DNA of 50,410 nucleotides from an uncultured archaeon (GCA_964632315.1 CAZWEM010000035.1:1-50410), one strand, 5' to 3'. Shown: positions 8,063 to 17,078, counted from the first letter of the stretch. Notes: generated from the sequence alone by a model not told the origin. Numbers and translations: made by a program.

Positions 8063-9457
8063 TCACTTAATTTTAGATTTAATATTTCTGAAAATGATCA
8101 ATGGACTAATTAAAATTACTAATCCAAGAACATAAAATCCATACGATGGAATATTATAATGTGGCGTTGTTGGAGTTGATTTTTTGGGAAGTGTAAATCC
8201 AATCAAATTCATTTCTAAAGTGTAATCTCCAACACTAGTATACACCCACTGTAATAGACCAGACATTTTTTCATAAATAAGAGATGTTATTTGTTGGGAC
8301 CCACCGATTTGATTATAGTTAATTTGAACTGTTAGTTCATTTTCTATTATTTCTACTTCTCCTGGATTAGCAGTTGCAAGTGCTTTTTCTTTGATGAAAG
8401 AAAGATTATCTATTAGGGGAATTAAAAAACCAGGTTGCATTGCGCCATAACCAATTGTCATTTGTATAGCAGCTTCTCGATTTGATATATTGTTCAAGTT
8501 TATTTGTGGTCCTATTTGTCCAGAAAATCCCTTATAAAAGATCTCAATGTTTAACCACGCTCTTGGAACATTATTGGGAAATGCATCCGTTGCCCATTCT
8601 GGTTCATAGGGATTCTTTGGATAGAATCCAGTGAAACTCACATTTACAATACCTCCTTCGTTTGTAGTCCAAGTGTCGAAGTAATTATTCCAATCATACC
8701 AAAAGATTGCTGCTTGGTTAAAATTAGTTACATTGTAGGAATAAGTGTTAGTTAAGTCGAGAGAATAGTTAGTTAAAAACATTTCCAAGTTATAACCTAG
8801 AGGATTAGTTATTGGGGCTAATTTGGTACGAGCCCAAATTAACAACCCAGTCTTTTTCTCATAAACCAAGGTTGTGTTTTGAAATTTGGAATTCTGTTTA
8901 AAATCAAACGATATAAAATTAGATGACTCCTCTACGGTAATTTTCCCGGACATAAAACCACTGTCTTGCGCTAAAGCTAATTCCTTTAAATATGTCATAT
9001 TATTGATGGGAATTAGAAGCCCTGATTTAAAGTAATTGTATCCTAAAGCGGTATTAGATGCAATTTCACCATTAGAAACATTATAAAATGTATGGTTCGA
9101 AGTAAGAATTCCACCCACATTCTCTTTAAACTCTATATTCATATAAGGCATAGGACTTTGAAATGCGTTATACATGTCATCTGGATTTTTTTCATAAAAC
9201 CCGGTAAAGTTTACCGTAATTTGGCCACCGATATTAGTTGAAGTATTATATTTTGAGATGTAGTCAAATCCTAACCAATTTAAATCCCCACCAAATTCAG
9301 TTACATTATAAACATAAGTGGAGTTTGTATCAAGATTAAAATAAAAATTGGAGGGAATTGTGATATTAGCCTTTGAAATTGGAATAGAAAAGATAAAAAA
9401 GCCTTGAAACCCAAAAATAAAGAGTAATAGTCCAAGTAACATTGATTTTTTAGTCAT
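8063..9457 (-). CDS. Secreted glycoprotein with two internal repeats and Loki-CTERM-like tail
   Basis: Signal peptide; many N-x-S/T sequons; duplicated YNVT..GG..VxFTGFYxKNP...GxLIP...LxYEKxxGLL; C-terminal IPSY-TM-basic tail. Confidence 0.8.
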   Translation of the reverse strand: MTKKSMLLGLLLFIFGFQGFFIFSIPISKANITIPSNFYFNLDTNSTYVYNVTEFGGDLNWLGFDYISKYNTSTNIGGQITVNFTGFYEKNPDDMYNAFQSPMPYMNIEFKENVGGILTSNHTFYNVSNGEIASNTALGYNYFKSGLLIPINNMTYLKELALAQDSGFMSGKITVEESSNFISFDFKQNSKFQNTTLVYEKKTGLLIWARTKLAPITNPLGYNLEMFLTNYSLDLTNTYSYNVTNFNQAAIFWYDWNNYFDTWTTNEGGIVNVSFTGFYPKNPYEPEWATDAFPNNVPRAWLNIEIFYKGFSGQIGPQINLNNISNREAAIQMTIGYGAMQPGFLIPLIDNLSFIKEKALATANPGEVEIIENELTVQINYNQIGGSQQITSLIYEKMSGLLQWVYTSVGDYTLEMNLIGFTLPKKSTPTTPHYNIPSYGFYVLGLVILISPLIIFRNIKSKIK

Positions 9458-9501
9458 AATTTTTCCTTATTTTACAATTTAGTATAGAATAATAGGTTAT
9501 C

Positions 9502-9626
9502 TTATCCTAGGATAAAATTCCAAATTTTTTAAAAAATATAAATCTTACTAAAAAATATAAAATTTTGAATTCAATTAGAAAGCTCAAGCTCATAATGTAT
9601 TGAGATTGCATTTTATATTAGGATAA
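9502..9626. promoter_or_regulatory. Two copies of a palindromic operator candidate (TTATCCTAGGATAA 9502-9515; TTATATTAGGATAA 9613-9626)
   Basis: Perfect 14-bp palindrome plus a 12/14 copy in a divergent intergenic region. Confidence 0.5.
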
Positions 9627-9702
9627 GTCTTCCTATAATTTTTTAAATCTTCAAATATTATGTTTTTTAATAAAAAAAATTGTTTGCATATTTTTCTGAA
9701 TA

Positions 9703-10341
9703 TTGAAGTATTCTATATTAACTAGTAATTTAAAGTCTCAAACTGATAACTTGGGTCACGAATCAGAAAATGGGTCAGTTTGGCTAAAAAGGAGATCCTT
9801 TAGGATTGCATTATTAGGTATATTCACAGCTTTAGCTGTCGTATTTGGTTATATGCTAGTAAATCTGCCAAATATAGAACTGTTCACTCTTATGATCTTT
9901 CTTTCAGGGTTTATAATGGGAAAGAAGGATGGGATGTTGGTTGGATTGTTGAGTGCGATAATATTTTGCCTTTTTAATCTGTATGGAGCGTCACCGCTAC
10001 CACTTTTAGCATATCAACTTACACATTATTCACTAACGGGATTAGCTGGAGCCTTAACGAGGAATTATTTGAATAAAAAATCTTATTTCAAACCTAAAAC
10101 AGATTTATATGTTCCCAGGATTCTTATATTGTTTGGTTTAATTGGTGCGATCATTACATTTGTATACGACATTTTAAGTACATTTTTTGGGGGATTAATA
10201 GTTTCTTTTGCATTTGAGTATTTTGTGGCCCAATATCTTATAGGATTAGTATATAGTGTCATTCATTTAATAGGTAATGCTTTAGGATTCATATTTATAT
10301 TACCGGGATTAATTCAATTAATCTTGAAACAGATAGATTAA
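9703..10341 (+). CDS. ECF transporter S component (CbrT-like, probably cobalamin)
   Basis: ~6 TM; PNIELFTLMIFLSG, HLIGN; divergent from the DUF4430 gene cluster; start uncertain. Confidence 0.8.
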   Translation: MKYSILTSNLKSQTDNLGHESENGSVWLKRRSFRIALLGIFTALAVVFGYMLVNLPNIELFTLMIFLSGFIMGKKDGMLVGLLSAIIFCLFNLYGASPLPLLAYQLTHYSLTGLAGALTRNYLNKKSYFKPKTDLYVPRILILFGLIGAIITFVYDILSTFFGGLIVSFAFEYFVAQYLIGLVYSVIHLIGNALGFIFILPGLIQLILKQID

Positions 10342-10391
10342 AATGAATTTATAAAAATAATAGAGAGAGAAAGCATTTAGGTGCAATTAAT

Positions 10392-10871
10392 TTATTCTGA
10401 TTTTACTAACAAGTTTACTTTTCCCCCAGCAGCTTCGATTTTCTCAATAGCTTGTTTTGAGGCTTTATTTACAGTAACATTTACAGATTTGGAAATTTCT
10501 CCACGACCTAAAATTTTTTGAATATTGAGTTCATTTAAATCAATATTATAGGTCGCGCCTGATTTAGTAGCTAAATCTCGTGAGGAAAATGTGTCAATTT
10601 TCATATCTAGTTCTTTTACATTCATTGTATTAACATGAGAGATACGTTGTATCTTCTGAGGTCTTTTAAAACCATGGGAGCCCATTATCCAATCTGGATC
10701 TGGAAAACCTAATTCTTTTTGTTTTAGATAATAAGATTTTTTACTAAATTTCCATTGAGTCGTTTTACCTCTTCCAGCTCGTTGTCCTGTTTTACGATGT
10801 TGCCCAACAACACCGTATCCTATTGTACGTGTTCCTCTTTTCTTTCTAATTTTTTTCGGATATTTTTTCAT
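10392..10871 (-). CDS. rpl15: 50S ribosomal protein uL15
   Basis: RGTRTIGYG, HRKTGQRAGRG, KILGRG, AIEKIEAAGG; operon position. Confidence 0.96.
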   Translation of the reverse strand: MKKYPKKIRKKRGTRTIGYGVVGQHRKTGQRAGRGKTTQWKFSKKSYYLKQKELGFPDPDWIMGSHGFKRPQKIQRISHVNTMNVKELDMKIDTFSSRDLATKSGATYNIDLNELNIQKILGRGEISKSVNVTVNKASKQAIEKIEAAGGKVNLLVKSE

Positions 10872-10881
10872 CTAAAATCAC

Positions 10882-11427
10882 CTAAATCATTTTGTGAATT
10901 AATTCATTAATATAGATGTCAACATAACCTAACGTTCCGCCTTCATTGAAAGCTTTCTTAATCGACCCTCTAAAACCTTTCTTTGGAGGATGTAATCGAA
11001 ATACGGGTTTAATCTTGTAAATATACTTCTCCTTATACTGGATTTCACCCTTTAATAGGGCTTTTGTCAATTCTTTAAGATTAGCATAATTTGTTAAATT
11101 TTTGACATATTCATCTGTGAGTGGATTATTTCCCTCTATTCTTCCACGTACTCTTAACAATCTTAGCAAAGTTTTTTCATTGATCTCACCAAATGCAATA
11201 TAATCCTTGCACTTATAGAGCATGCCTAAAACAGATGGATCTCCCCATAATAAAACACCATGATTTACCTTGTTCATTCGGAGCATACTTAATGTATCCA
11301 TAATTTTCCTTTTCATGCCTGGAGAACCTCTAATTCGGATTGCAAAATGTAATTTAGGTTGGCTCGATTGCTTCTTTTTTGATTTTTTCTTAATCATAAC
11401 ATCTTGTTCTGCTATCATTTTCATCAC
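10882..11427 (-). CDS. rpl30: 50S ribosomal protein uL30
   Basis: IRIRG, FRLHPPKKG, INELIHKMI. Confidence 0.96.
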   Translation of the reverse strand: MMKMIAEQDVMIKKKSKKKQSSQPKLHFAIRIRGSPGMKRKIMDTLSMLRMNKVNHGVLLWGDPSVLGMLYKCKDYIAFGEINEKTLLRLLRVRGRIEGNNPLTDEYVKNLTNYANLKELTKALLKGEIQYKEKYIYKIKPVFRLHPPKKGFRGSIKKAFNEGGTLGYVDIYINELIHKMI

Positions 11428-11447
11428 TATTTATGATTTTATGATTT

Positions 11448-12071
11448 TTATAATTTGAAATTTAATTTATGAGCATTTCGAAGGGCATCAAAGGTAGCTT
11501 TAACTAGATTTTCACTTGTTCTTGTGTCACCAAATGTTTTACTCCATATATCTTCAATTCCTGCTAATTTTAATACTTGCTTTACTTTATCAGCACATGC
11601 TAATCCTACACCAGCTGGAGCTGGGATTAATCTAACGGTTACAGAGCCACATTTCCCTTCAATTTTAAAGGGAATACTATGCATTTGACCGCAACCACAT
11701 TCCCCGCTTCCACAACCTCTAAGTACGGGCACCACTGCGAGTTTTGCTTTGTCTATAGCTTTTCTAATTGCAGGACCAACTTCCCTACTTTTTGTAGAAC
11801 CTACTCCGATATAACCATCTGCTCCTACAAGTACAACGGCCTTAAACCTTGATCTCTGACCACTAGCAGTCATCTGCTGGACCATTTTTATTGTTACTAC
11901 ATCCTCAGCTAACTGTGGCAAAAGCATATCTATTATTTCTTTTTCTTTTACAACAAGATTATTTTCAAATATTTTATCGATAGTAATCAAACCTTGTTGT
12001 ACCAATTCTCCAAGTTTTGTCCTTGGAATCCAAGTTTCTTCAACATTTCTTTGACGACTCATAATATTCAC
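11448..12071 (-). CDS. rps5: 30S ribosomal protein uS5
   Basis: WIPRTKLG, GKCGSVTVRLIPAPAGVGL. Confidence 0.97.
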   Translation of the reverse strand: MNIMSRQRNVEETWIPRTKLGELVQQGLITIDKIFENNLVVKEKEIIDMLLPQLAEDVVTIKMVQQMTASGQRSRFKAVVLVGADGYIGVGSTKSREVGPAIRKAIDKAKLAVVPVLRGCGSGECGCGQMHSIPFKIEGKCGSVTVRLIPAPAGVGLACADKVKQVLKLAGIEDIWSKTFGDTRTSENLVKATFDALRNAHKLNFKL

Positions 12072-12073
12072 TT

Positions 12074-12667
12074 TTACGCATTATTTTCAATTGATTTTAA
12101 AGTGCTTGCTACTATTTGACTAAATTTTAAAGGATTTATTTTAGATTTTTTAATATAACCAGAAAAAGTTTTCTCGTATTTTTCTGGATCATCTGATTTT
12201 AAGGTTTTGGCATAATTTTCAACATGAACTCCTTTTGTTTTTTCTTCCAGATTTTCTGGAAAAAAATCTTCACTGTAAGGGATTTCTATATCGGCATTCA
12301 AAACTCCTTTAAATGCTGCTAATACCCGGTTAGTATGATAATTGATTCCTAAATCCAAAATTGCTTCTGATATATTTAATTTTTTAGCTCTTAGGCCTGC
12401 AAGATAGCCTGTTAAATATGCTGCAGGAATATTTCCTGTATTTGCTTTCCATCCAAATCTTTTTATTAATTCTTTTGAATGAGCTGAAGCGAGAATTTTA
12501 TCTCCACCTAATTTTGACTCAATAATCTGAACAACCATATGAGTATTTGAAGCTCTTATTACACATCTTAACCGCCGAGACTTTATAAGTTTCAATCTTT
12601 TATGATAATTTGTTTTTCCTTCAGCTCTTCTTCTAAAAGGCAATCGATATCTAGGTCCTTTTGCCAT
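12074..12667 (-). CDS. rpl18: 50S ribosomal protein uL18
   Basis: MAKGPRY..RRRAEGKTNY, NIPAAYLTG. Confidence 0.97.
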   Translation of the reverse strand: MAKGPRYRLPFRRRAEGKTNYHKRLKLIKSRRLRCVIRASNTHMVVQIIESKLGGDKILASAHSKELIKRFGWKANTGNIPAAYLTGYLAGLRAKKLNISEAILDLGINYHTNRVLAAFKGVLNADIEIPYSEDFFPENLEEKTKGVHVENYAKTLKSDDPEKYEKTFSGYIKKSKINPLKFSQIVASTLKSIENNA

Positions 12668-12669
12668 CT

Positions 12670-13125
12670 TTATCTCCCTCTTTTAATTAGTTCTTTTTCG
12701 CGAATATATCTATTCATTTGAGCTACGCTGTTAAACATGCCACCCTTAGCATTCTTATAGAGGATTCTATAAGTAACCGGGCTAATAATTTTTCTATCTC
12801 TTAGTTTTTTTAATTCTCTTCTTTGTGGTCTAATTCTTGCCATCCACATTTTCTTTTTTGGGCTTCTAGCATATTTTTTACCTTTTCTTTTTCCCAGTCC
12901 TCTAGCTCTTCCTTTCTTCTTTCGATCATGGCGAATTAATTTTCTATGTTTTGATATACCTTTTTTATACTTTTTAGAAATTACGCCTTCTTTTATCAGA
13001 TTTCTTACATCTTCTCGAGTAATAGCCATTCGAATGTCCTCAATTAAATAAGGATCGAAATAAACTCTATTTTCACCACACTTCAAAATTTCTGCTGCCA
13101 TTCTTTTCTGGGCTTTTAGACTCAT
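12670..13125 (-). CDS. rpl19e: 50S ribosomal protein eL19
   Basis: QKRMAAEIL, AITREDVRNLI, GKRKG. Confidence 0.97.
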   Translation of the reverse strand: MSLKAQKRMAAEILKCGENRVYFDPYLIEDIRMAITREDVRNLIKEGVISKKYKKGISKHRKLIRHDRKKKGRARGLGKRKGKKYARSPKKKMWMARIRPQRRELKKLRDRKIISPVTYRILYKNAKGGMFNSVAQMNRYIREKELIKRGR

Positions 13126-13143
13126 CTTAAATCACATTTTTAT

Positions 13144-13611
13144 TTAATCTTCATCCATTTCATCAATATCAACGTATTCATCTTCTTCCAATGAAGATTC
13201 TAACAAGCTTTCAAAACTTTCTAATTCTTGTTGAGAAATTCCAAGATTTAAAATTTTAAATCCTTTTCTTTGTGCCACTTCTATGAGCATTATGCGCTTT
13301 TTGGCACCTAATCTACTCGATATCTTTAAAGCATGTTTGTTTTTATTCAAATTATCTAAATCCTTGATCGTGAAAACTCTAATTTCTTCATAGCCCGAAG
13401 GATGAATTCCTCTTATTTTTTTGGGACTTCTATATCCCACAGATGGTGACTTCACTCCTGATTTACTCTTTCTTCTTGTTTTAGAGTCAATACCTCTAGC
13501 TTTTCTCCAAGAACTTTTAACTCGCTTATATCTCCAAGATTCAACTCGTTGAAAACTTGGCCGTTGTTTTTTCATTTTTTTCCTTAATTCAATTAATCTT
13601 TTTTGTTCCAT
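13144..13611 (-). CDS. rpl32e: 50S ribosomal protein eL32
   Basis: WRKARGIDSK, GYRSP..RGIHPSGY; acidic C-terminal tail. Confidence 0.96.
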   Translation of the reverse strand: MEQKRLIELRKKMKKQRPSFQRVESWRYKRVKSSWRKARGIDSKTRRKSKSGVKSPSVGYRSPKKIRGIHPSGYEEIRVFTIKDLDNLNKNKHALKISSRLGAKKRIMLIEVAQRKGFKILNLGISQQELESFESLLESSLEEDEYVDIDEMDED

Positions 13612-13620
13612 TTAATTCAC

Positions 13621-14199
13621 CTATTTGATTTGCCAGAGGATCTCATCTCCAAGCTCTTTCTTATATAAATAAACCCCATCTTGAAAAACTCGGGGATCTT
13701 TCTTTCTAATTCTGCAACTTCTTTTCATATTGGCTGCTGTTTGTCCAAGTGTTTCTTTATCAGGACCCATTAGAATAACATCATCACCAGAGATTTCTAC
13801 TTTAACATTTTCTAAATATTTTGTAACTCTAGGCGCTCTTTCTCCTAAAAAATTAACAAAATGTATTTCATGTTGCTTCGGTTTAATTTCTGCATTGAAC
13901 GGAAAATGACTATAACAAATTTTACAATAATATTTGTAATTATTTTGAACTCCAGTGATAAGATTTTTTACCAGATTATAAGCAGTTTTAGTTAGCGCTA
14001 CAGTTTCACCTTTAGGAAAGTAAGTAGAAAATTTTATGAGGTTCCCCTCAACGATCATTTTAATTCCCCTCATATGGGAAAAATCTTTGGTAATGGTTCC
14101 ATTTGGACCCTTAACAGTAATATGATGATCTCCTGTTACTTTAACCTCGATTCCTTCAGGAATCTCTAAAACCTCTTCTAAAAAGGCTGTTTTTACCAT
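13621..14199 (-). CDS. rpl6: 50S ribosomal protein uL6
   Basis: YSHFP, NFLGE, KDPRVFQDGVY. Confidence 0.97.
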   Translation of the reverse strand: MVKTAFLEEVLEIPEGIEVKVTGDHHITVKGPNGTITKDFSHMRGIKMIVEGNLIKFSTYFPKGETVALTKTAYNLVKNLITGVQNNYKYYCKICYSHFPFNAEIKPKQHEIHFVNFLGERAPRVTKYLENVKVEISGDDVILMGPDKETLGQTAANMKRSCRIRKKDPRVFQDGVYLYKKELGDEILWQIK

Positions 14200-14218
14200 T
14201 TTTTAGCACCTAAATCAA

Positions 14219-14631
14219 TTAATAAATATAACAAAGAGTCATCCCACCTATTTTTTTCTCTTCAGCATCTTTAATTGTCATAATTCCTTGATTGGTTGTA
14301 AGAATTATTAAACCTAAACCAGGAGCTGGTAATAATCTGCGCTCTAATTTTTCAAAGTCCCCTATTCCATAGTTCAATCTCATCAATGCTTTACATTCGT
14401 TTATTTTTCCATTTAAAGCAATCTTAAACTTTCCCGTGCGTCCGTCGTCATATCTTTCAAAATTGCGTCTAATAGAAAGATCTATTAGATTTCGCCTATA
14501 TAAGCGTATTGCTGAAAGATACGAAGAACACGTTGGATTAACTTACTCGCGGGGCTAACTATTACTTCCTTTTTTCTTGCCATTTCCGCATTTTTTAACA
14601 TGTTGCACGCGTCAGCTAGAGTGTTTGTCAT
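14219..14631 (-). CDS. rps8: 30S ribosomal protein uS8, split by a 29-nt intron: join(14631..14491,14461..14219), 127 aa
   Basis: Exon1 MTNTLADACNMLKNAEMARKKEVIVSPASKLIQRVLRIFQQYAYIGE; exon2 FERYDDGRTGKFKIALNGKINECKA...LLPAPGLGLIILTTNQGIMT...KKIGGMTLCYIY*; AGGTG SD; canonical position between uS14 and uL6. Confidence 0.95.
14462..14490 (-). other. Putative BHB (EndA-type) mRNA intron in rps8
   Basis: ATCTAATAGATCTTTCTATTAGACGCAAT; 9-bp hairpin; central helix GGCG/CGCA; bulges AA|A and AT|T; predicted cuts restore GAA|TTT (E-F). Confidence 0.85.
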
Positions 14632-14665
14632 CTATTTTTTCACCTTTATTTTATATTTTATCCTT

Positions 14666-14815
14666 TCATTCATAACGGCGGAAACCAATATCTTTTCCAA
14701 TTTCATAGAAGCATCTCCGGCATATATATAATCCATATCGCCGAATTAATCCACGATGAGTGTGGCATCTTCTACATTCTCTTTGGCCTTTTCCGCTGTT
14801 TTTTCCTTGAGGCAT
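14666..14815 (-). CDS. rps14: 30S ribosomal protein uS14 (Zn-binding, 49 aa), not in ORF track
   Basis: MPQGKNSGKGQRECRRCHTHRGLIRRYGLYICRRCFYEIGKDIGFRRYE*. Confidence 0.96.
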   Translation of the reverse strand: MPQGKNSGKGQRECRRCHTHRGLIRRYGLYICRRCFYEIGKDIGFRRYE

Positions 14816-14843
14816 TTAATCATCCTTTTAAATTTATTTTAAA

Positions 14844-15434
14844 TTAAAAATATTCTAAATCTAATTTATCAACTAATTTTATTCCAAATTTTGTGGTTAA
14901 AAAATATTGTGCTTCATCCTTAGAGACATAATGATGTCTTGGGATCTTAGTTTTTCTTTTTCTTCGATATCTCACTCTCATCCCTGGTCTAACTATTCTT
15001 CCAACCACATCTAAACCCCAAATACCGATTAAATTATCATAATCTATTCCTGGAATTGTGATGTGTTCGAGAACGCCAAATCCAAAATTACCATAATTAT
15101 CAAAACTCTTGCGCAACATTCGATTATTATTCACAATAATTAGCCTTTTTAAAAGTTTTTCTGCTTCAGCTCCTCGAATAGTCACTTTTGTTCCAATTGG
15201 GCGTCCTTTTCTTAAATTAAATTCCTTTACATTCTTTTTTGATATAGTTTTTACTGCTTTACGACCAGAAATAGTCTCTAAAACCACTGATGCTTTTTCT
15301 AGTTCTTCTCCTCCTTCTCCAACTCCAATATTTAGAACTAACTTTTCCAAAAACGGTCTCTTCATTGGATTTTTCCACAATTCTTCATAGTATTCCGAAT
15401 CGAGTTGTTGTTGAGTTTTATTTTTTGTTGACAT
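14844..15434 (-). CDS. rpl5: 50S ribosomal protein uL5
   Basis: NPMK, LNIGVGEGG, GNFGFG..EHI. Confidence 0.97.
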   Translation of the reverse strand: MSTKNKTQQQLDSEYYEELWKNPMKRPFLEKLVLNIGVGEGGEELEKASVVLETISGRKAVKTISKKNVKEFNLRKGRPIGTKVTIRGAEAEKLLKRLIIVNNNRMLRKSFDNYGNFGFGVLEHITIPGIDYDNLIGIWGLDVVGRIVRPGMRVRYRRKRKTKIPRHHYVSKDEAQYFLTTKFGIKLVDKLDLEYF

Positions 15435-15452
15435 TTATATCCACCTTCTTAA

Positions 15453-16202
15453 TTAAATAGAGGGTAATGCTATTTCTGATTGTTCTTCTCCAATTATAAA
15501 GGTATAATCATAAAGAGTTTCCGTAAGTTCTGACTCATGTTGGATTGATACAGTACTAGCTTTTGGACCGAATCTCTTCAAAATATTTTCAATTTTACCT
15601 ACTTGTCCAATATTTTTACCGGACATAATTATAGCAAGATTTCCCTCTTTAAACCTTAATACCTTTAAAATCTCTTGTTCTGGAAGCGAGATCTTCAAAA
15701 CATCCATCCTTTTATAAATATCTTCTTTAGGATTTTTTGGATCTTTTACTTGAATAATAATATTTCTCCCGTCATGCAAATTTAATTGAATGTGACCACC
15801 TTTTATAGTGGTTTTTTGTGTAATTCTGCATAACTTGAATAAACTTTCTTTTTCTGTGATTTCATATAACTTTAACCCATGATGTGAATCAGGTAGAATT
15901 CTATAATGCTTTTTAATCTTCTCAATGCTTATTACATCCATCAATCCAACAGGATATGCTTTATCTTTTACAATTTTTCCATCAATTTTAAAGTAACCTA
16001 GACCTATCAGTTTTTTTGCTTCCCTATAATTATCGACAATCTTTAACAGATCTCTTACAACGTGGAGCAAGGGTAAGCTAAATCGTTTTGGATGAGGCCC
16101 TGGTGAAGGATTTATAAAGAATGTCCCGTGCTTTCGCTTTATTTGCATAAAATCTGGAGTGTTTAACCGCTTTAAAGTCTTATTTCCTCCATGTTTTGTC
16201 AT
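15453..16202 (-). CDS. rps4e: 30S ribosomal protein eS4
   Basis: PSPGPH, YPVGLMDV, QLNLHDGRN. Confidence 0.97.
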   Translation of the reverse strand: MTKHGGNKTLKRLNTPDFMQIKRKHGTFFINPSPGPHPKRFSLPLLHVVRDLLKIVDNYREAKKLIGLGYFKIDGKIVKDKAYPVGLMDVISIEKIKKHYRILPDSHHGLKLYEITEKESLFKLCRITQKTTIKGGHIQLNLHDGRNIIIQVKDPKNPKEDIYKRMDVLKISLPEQEILKVLRFKEGNLAIIMSGKNIGQVGKIENILKRFGPKASTVSIQHESELTETLYDYTFIIGEEQSEIALPSI

Positions 16203-16639
16203 TTATAATCCTCCTCTTTCTTTTGTTTTTTAGGTGCCATTAATTCTTCAGTACCAAAACCAAATAATGCTTTTCTTTCAATCATAGACGCCCTCCATTG
16301 ATCCATTTTTCTTTCATCTTTAAACTTTGTAATTATCAAATTCGAAATGTGAATAGCGGGGTGGAATTGGGTTCCATCAGTCTTTTCAAAAACACATTCC
16401 TTTACTTTTACTCTTTGGTTTGCAGCGATTTCAATTACTTCTCCTTCAAAATCCTCAAATTCTCCTTTAACGACTTTTACTTGATCTCCAATTCGTATCG
16501 GGAGTTTTTTGATTCCATACTCTTCACGCAAGAAGTCCGCTACTCTCGTGGAAAATAATTTTGATCTTTGATGATTTGAATAATTATAGAGAGCTTTCCT
16601 TTGTTTTCTAGGTTGTTTTGACTTAACTTTCATCAACAT
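16199..16639 (-). CDS. rpl24: 50S ribosomal protein uL24
   Basis: SKQPRKQRK, PIRIGDQVKVVKG. Confidence 0.95.
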   Translation of the reverse strand: MLMKVKSKQPRKQRKALYNYSNHQRSKLFSTRVADFLREEYGIKKLPIRIGDQVKVVKGEFEDFEGEVIEIAANQRVKVKECVFEKTDGTQFHPAIHISNLIITKFKDERKMDQWRASMIERKALFGFGTEELMAPKKQKKEEDYK

Positions 16640-16652
16640 CTACCTTCATTTA

Positions 16653-17078
16653 TTATATTATTAACGATGAGATTGAGGCTAATCGTGGAAATAGTTCTGC
16701 AGCCTCTCGTGCTATTGGCCCTCTTATTTCAGTACCTTTAGGATCTCCTTCTTTAGAGATTATTACTCCAGCATTATCTTCAAAACACAATCTAGTTCCG
16801 TCTAACCTTCGATATATCATTTTTTGTCTAACAATTACTGCTTTTACGATGTTTCCTCTAAGATCTGGTCTTCCTTTCTTAATAGTCACAGAACAAACGG
16901 ATCCTACGGTCGCTTGGGGTAATCTTCTTAAACGGGTTTTAGCATGGTCAACATTGATAATTTCTCCTATTTTTGCGCCAGAATTATCTGTAATCAAGAT
17001 TCTACTTCCATTTTGAAGTCCATAGCTAGTTCTGGACTTAACCATCTTCTTTCTACCCGTCTTTCTTCTAGATCCCAT
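16653..17078 (-). CDS. rpl14: 50S ribosomal protein uL14
   Basis: DNSGAK, FEDNAGVI, KGTEIRGPIAREAA. Confidence 0.97.
   Translation of the reverse strand: MGSRRKTGRKKMVKSRTSYGLQNGSRILITDNSGAKIGEIINVDHAKTRLRRLPQATVGSVCSVTIKKGRPDLRGNIVKAVIVRQKMIYRRLDGTRLCFEDNAGVIISKEGDPKGTEIRGPIAREAAELFPRLASISSLII

Noticed and set aside
14219-14631. rps8 as a simple pseudogene or programmed frameshift
   Set aside because: Both halves are intact, the gene is essential, and tandem stops plus 29 extra nt cannot be fixed by a +/-1 shift; BHB geometry predicts the exact junction. An assembly artefact cannot be fully excluded without reads.
14651-14668. UGA readthrough (Sec) at the end of uS14
   Set aside because: The protein ends at its normal GFRRYE terminus; only four codons follow and no SECIS is evident.
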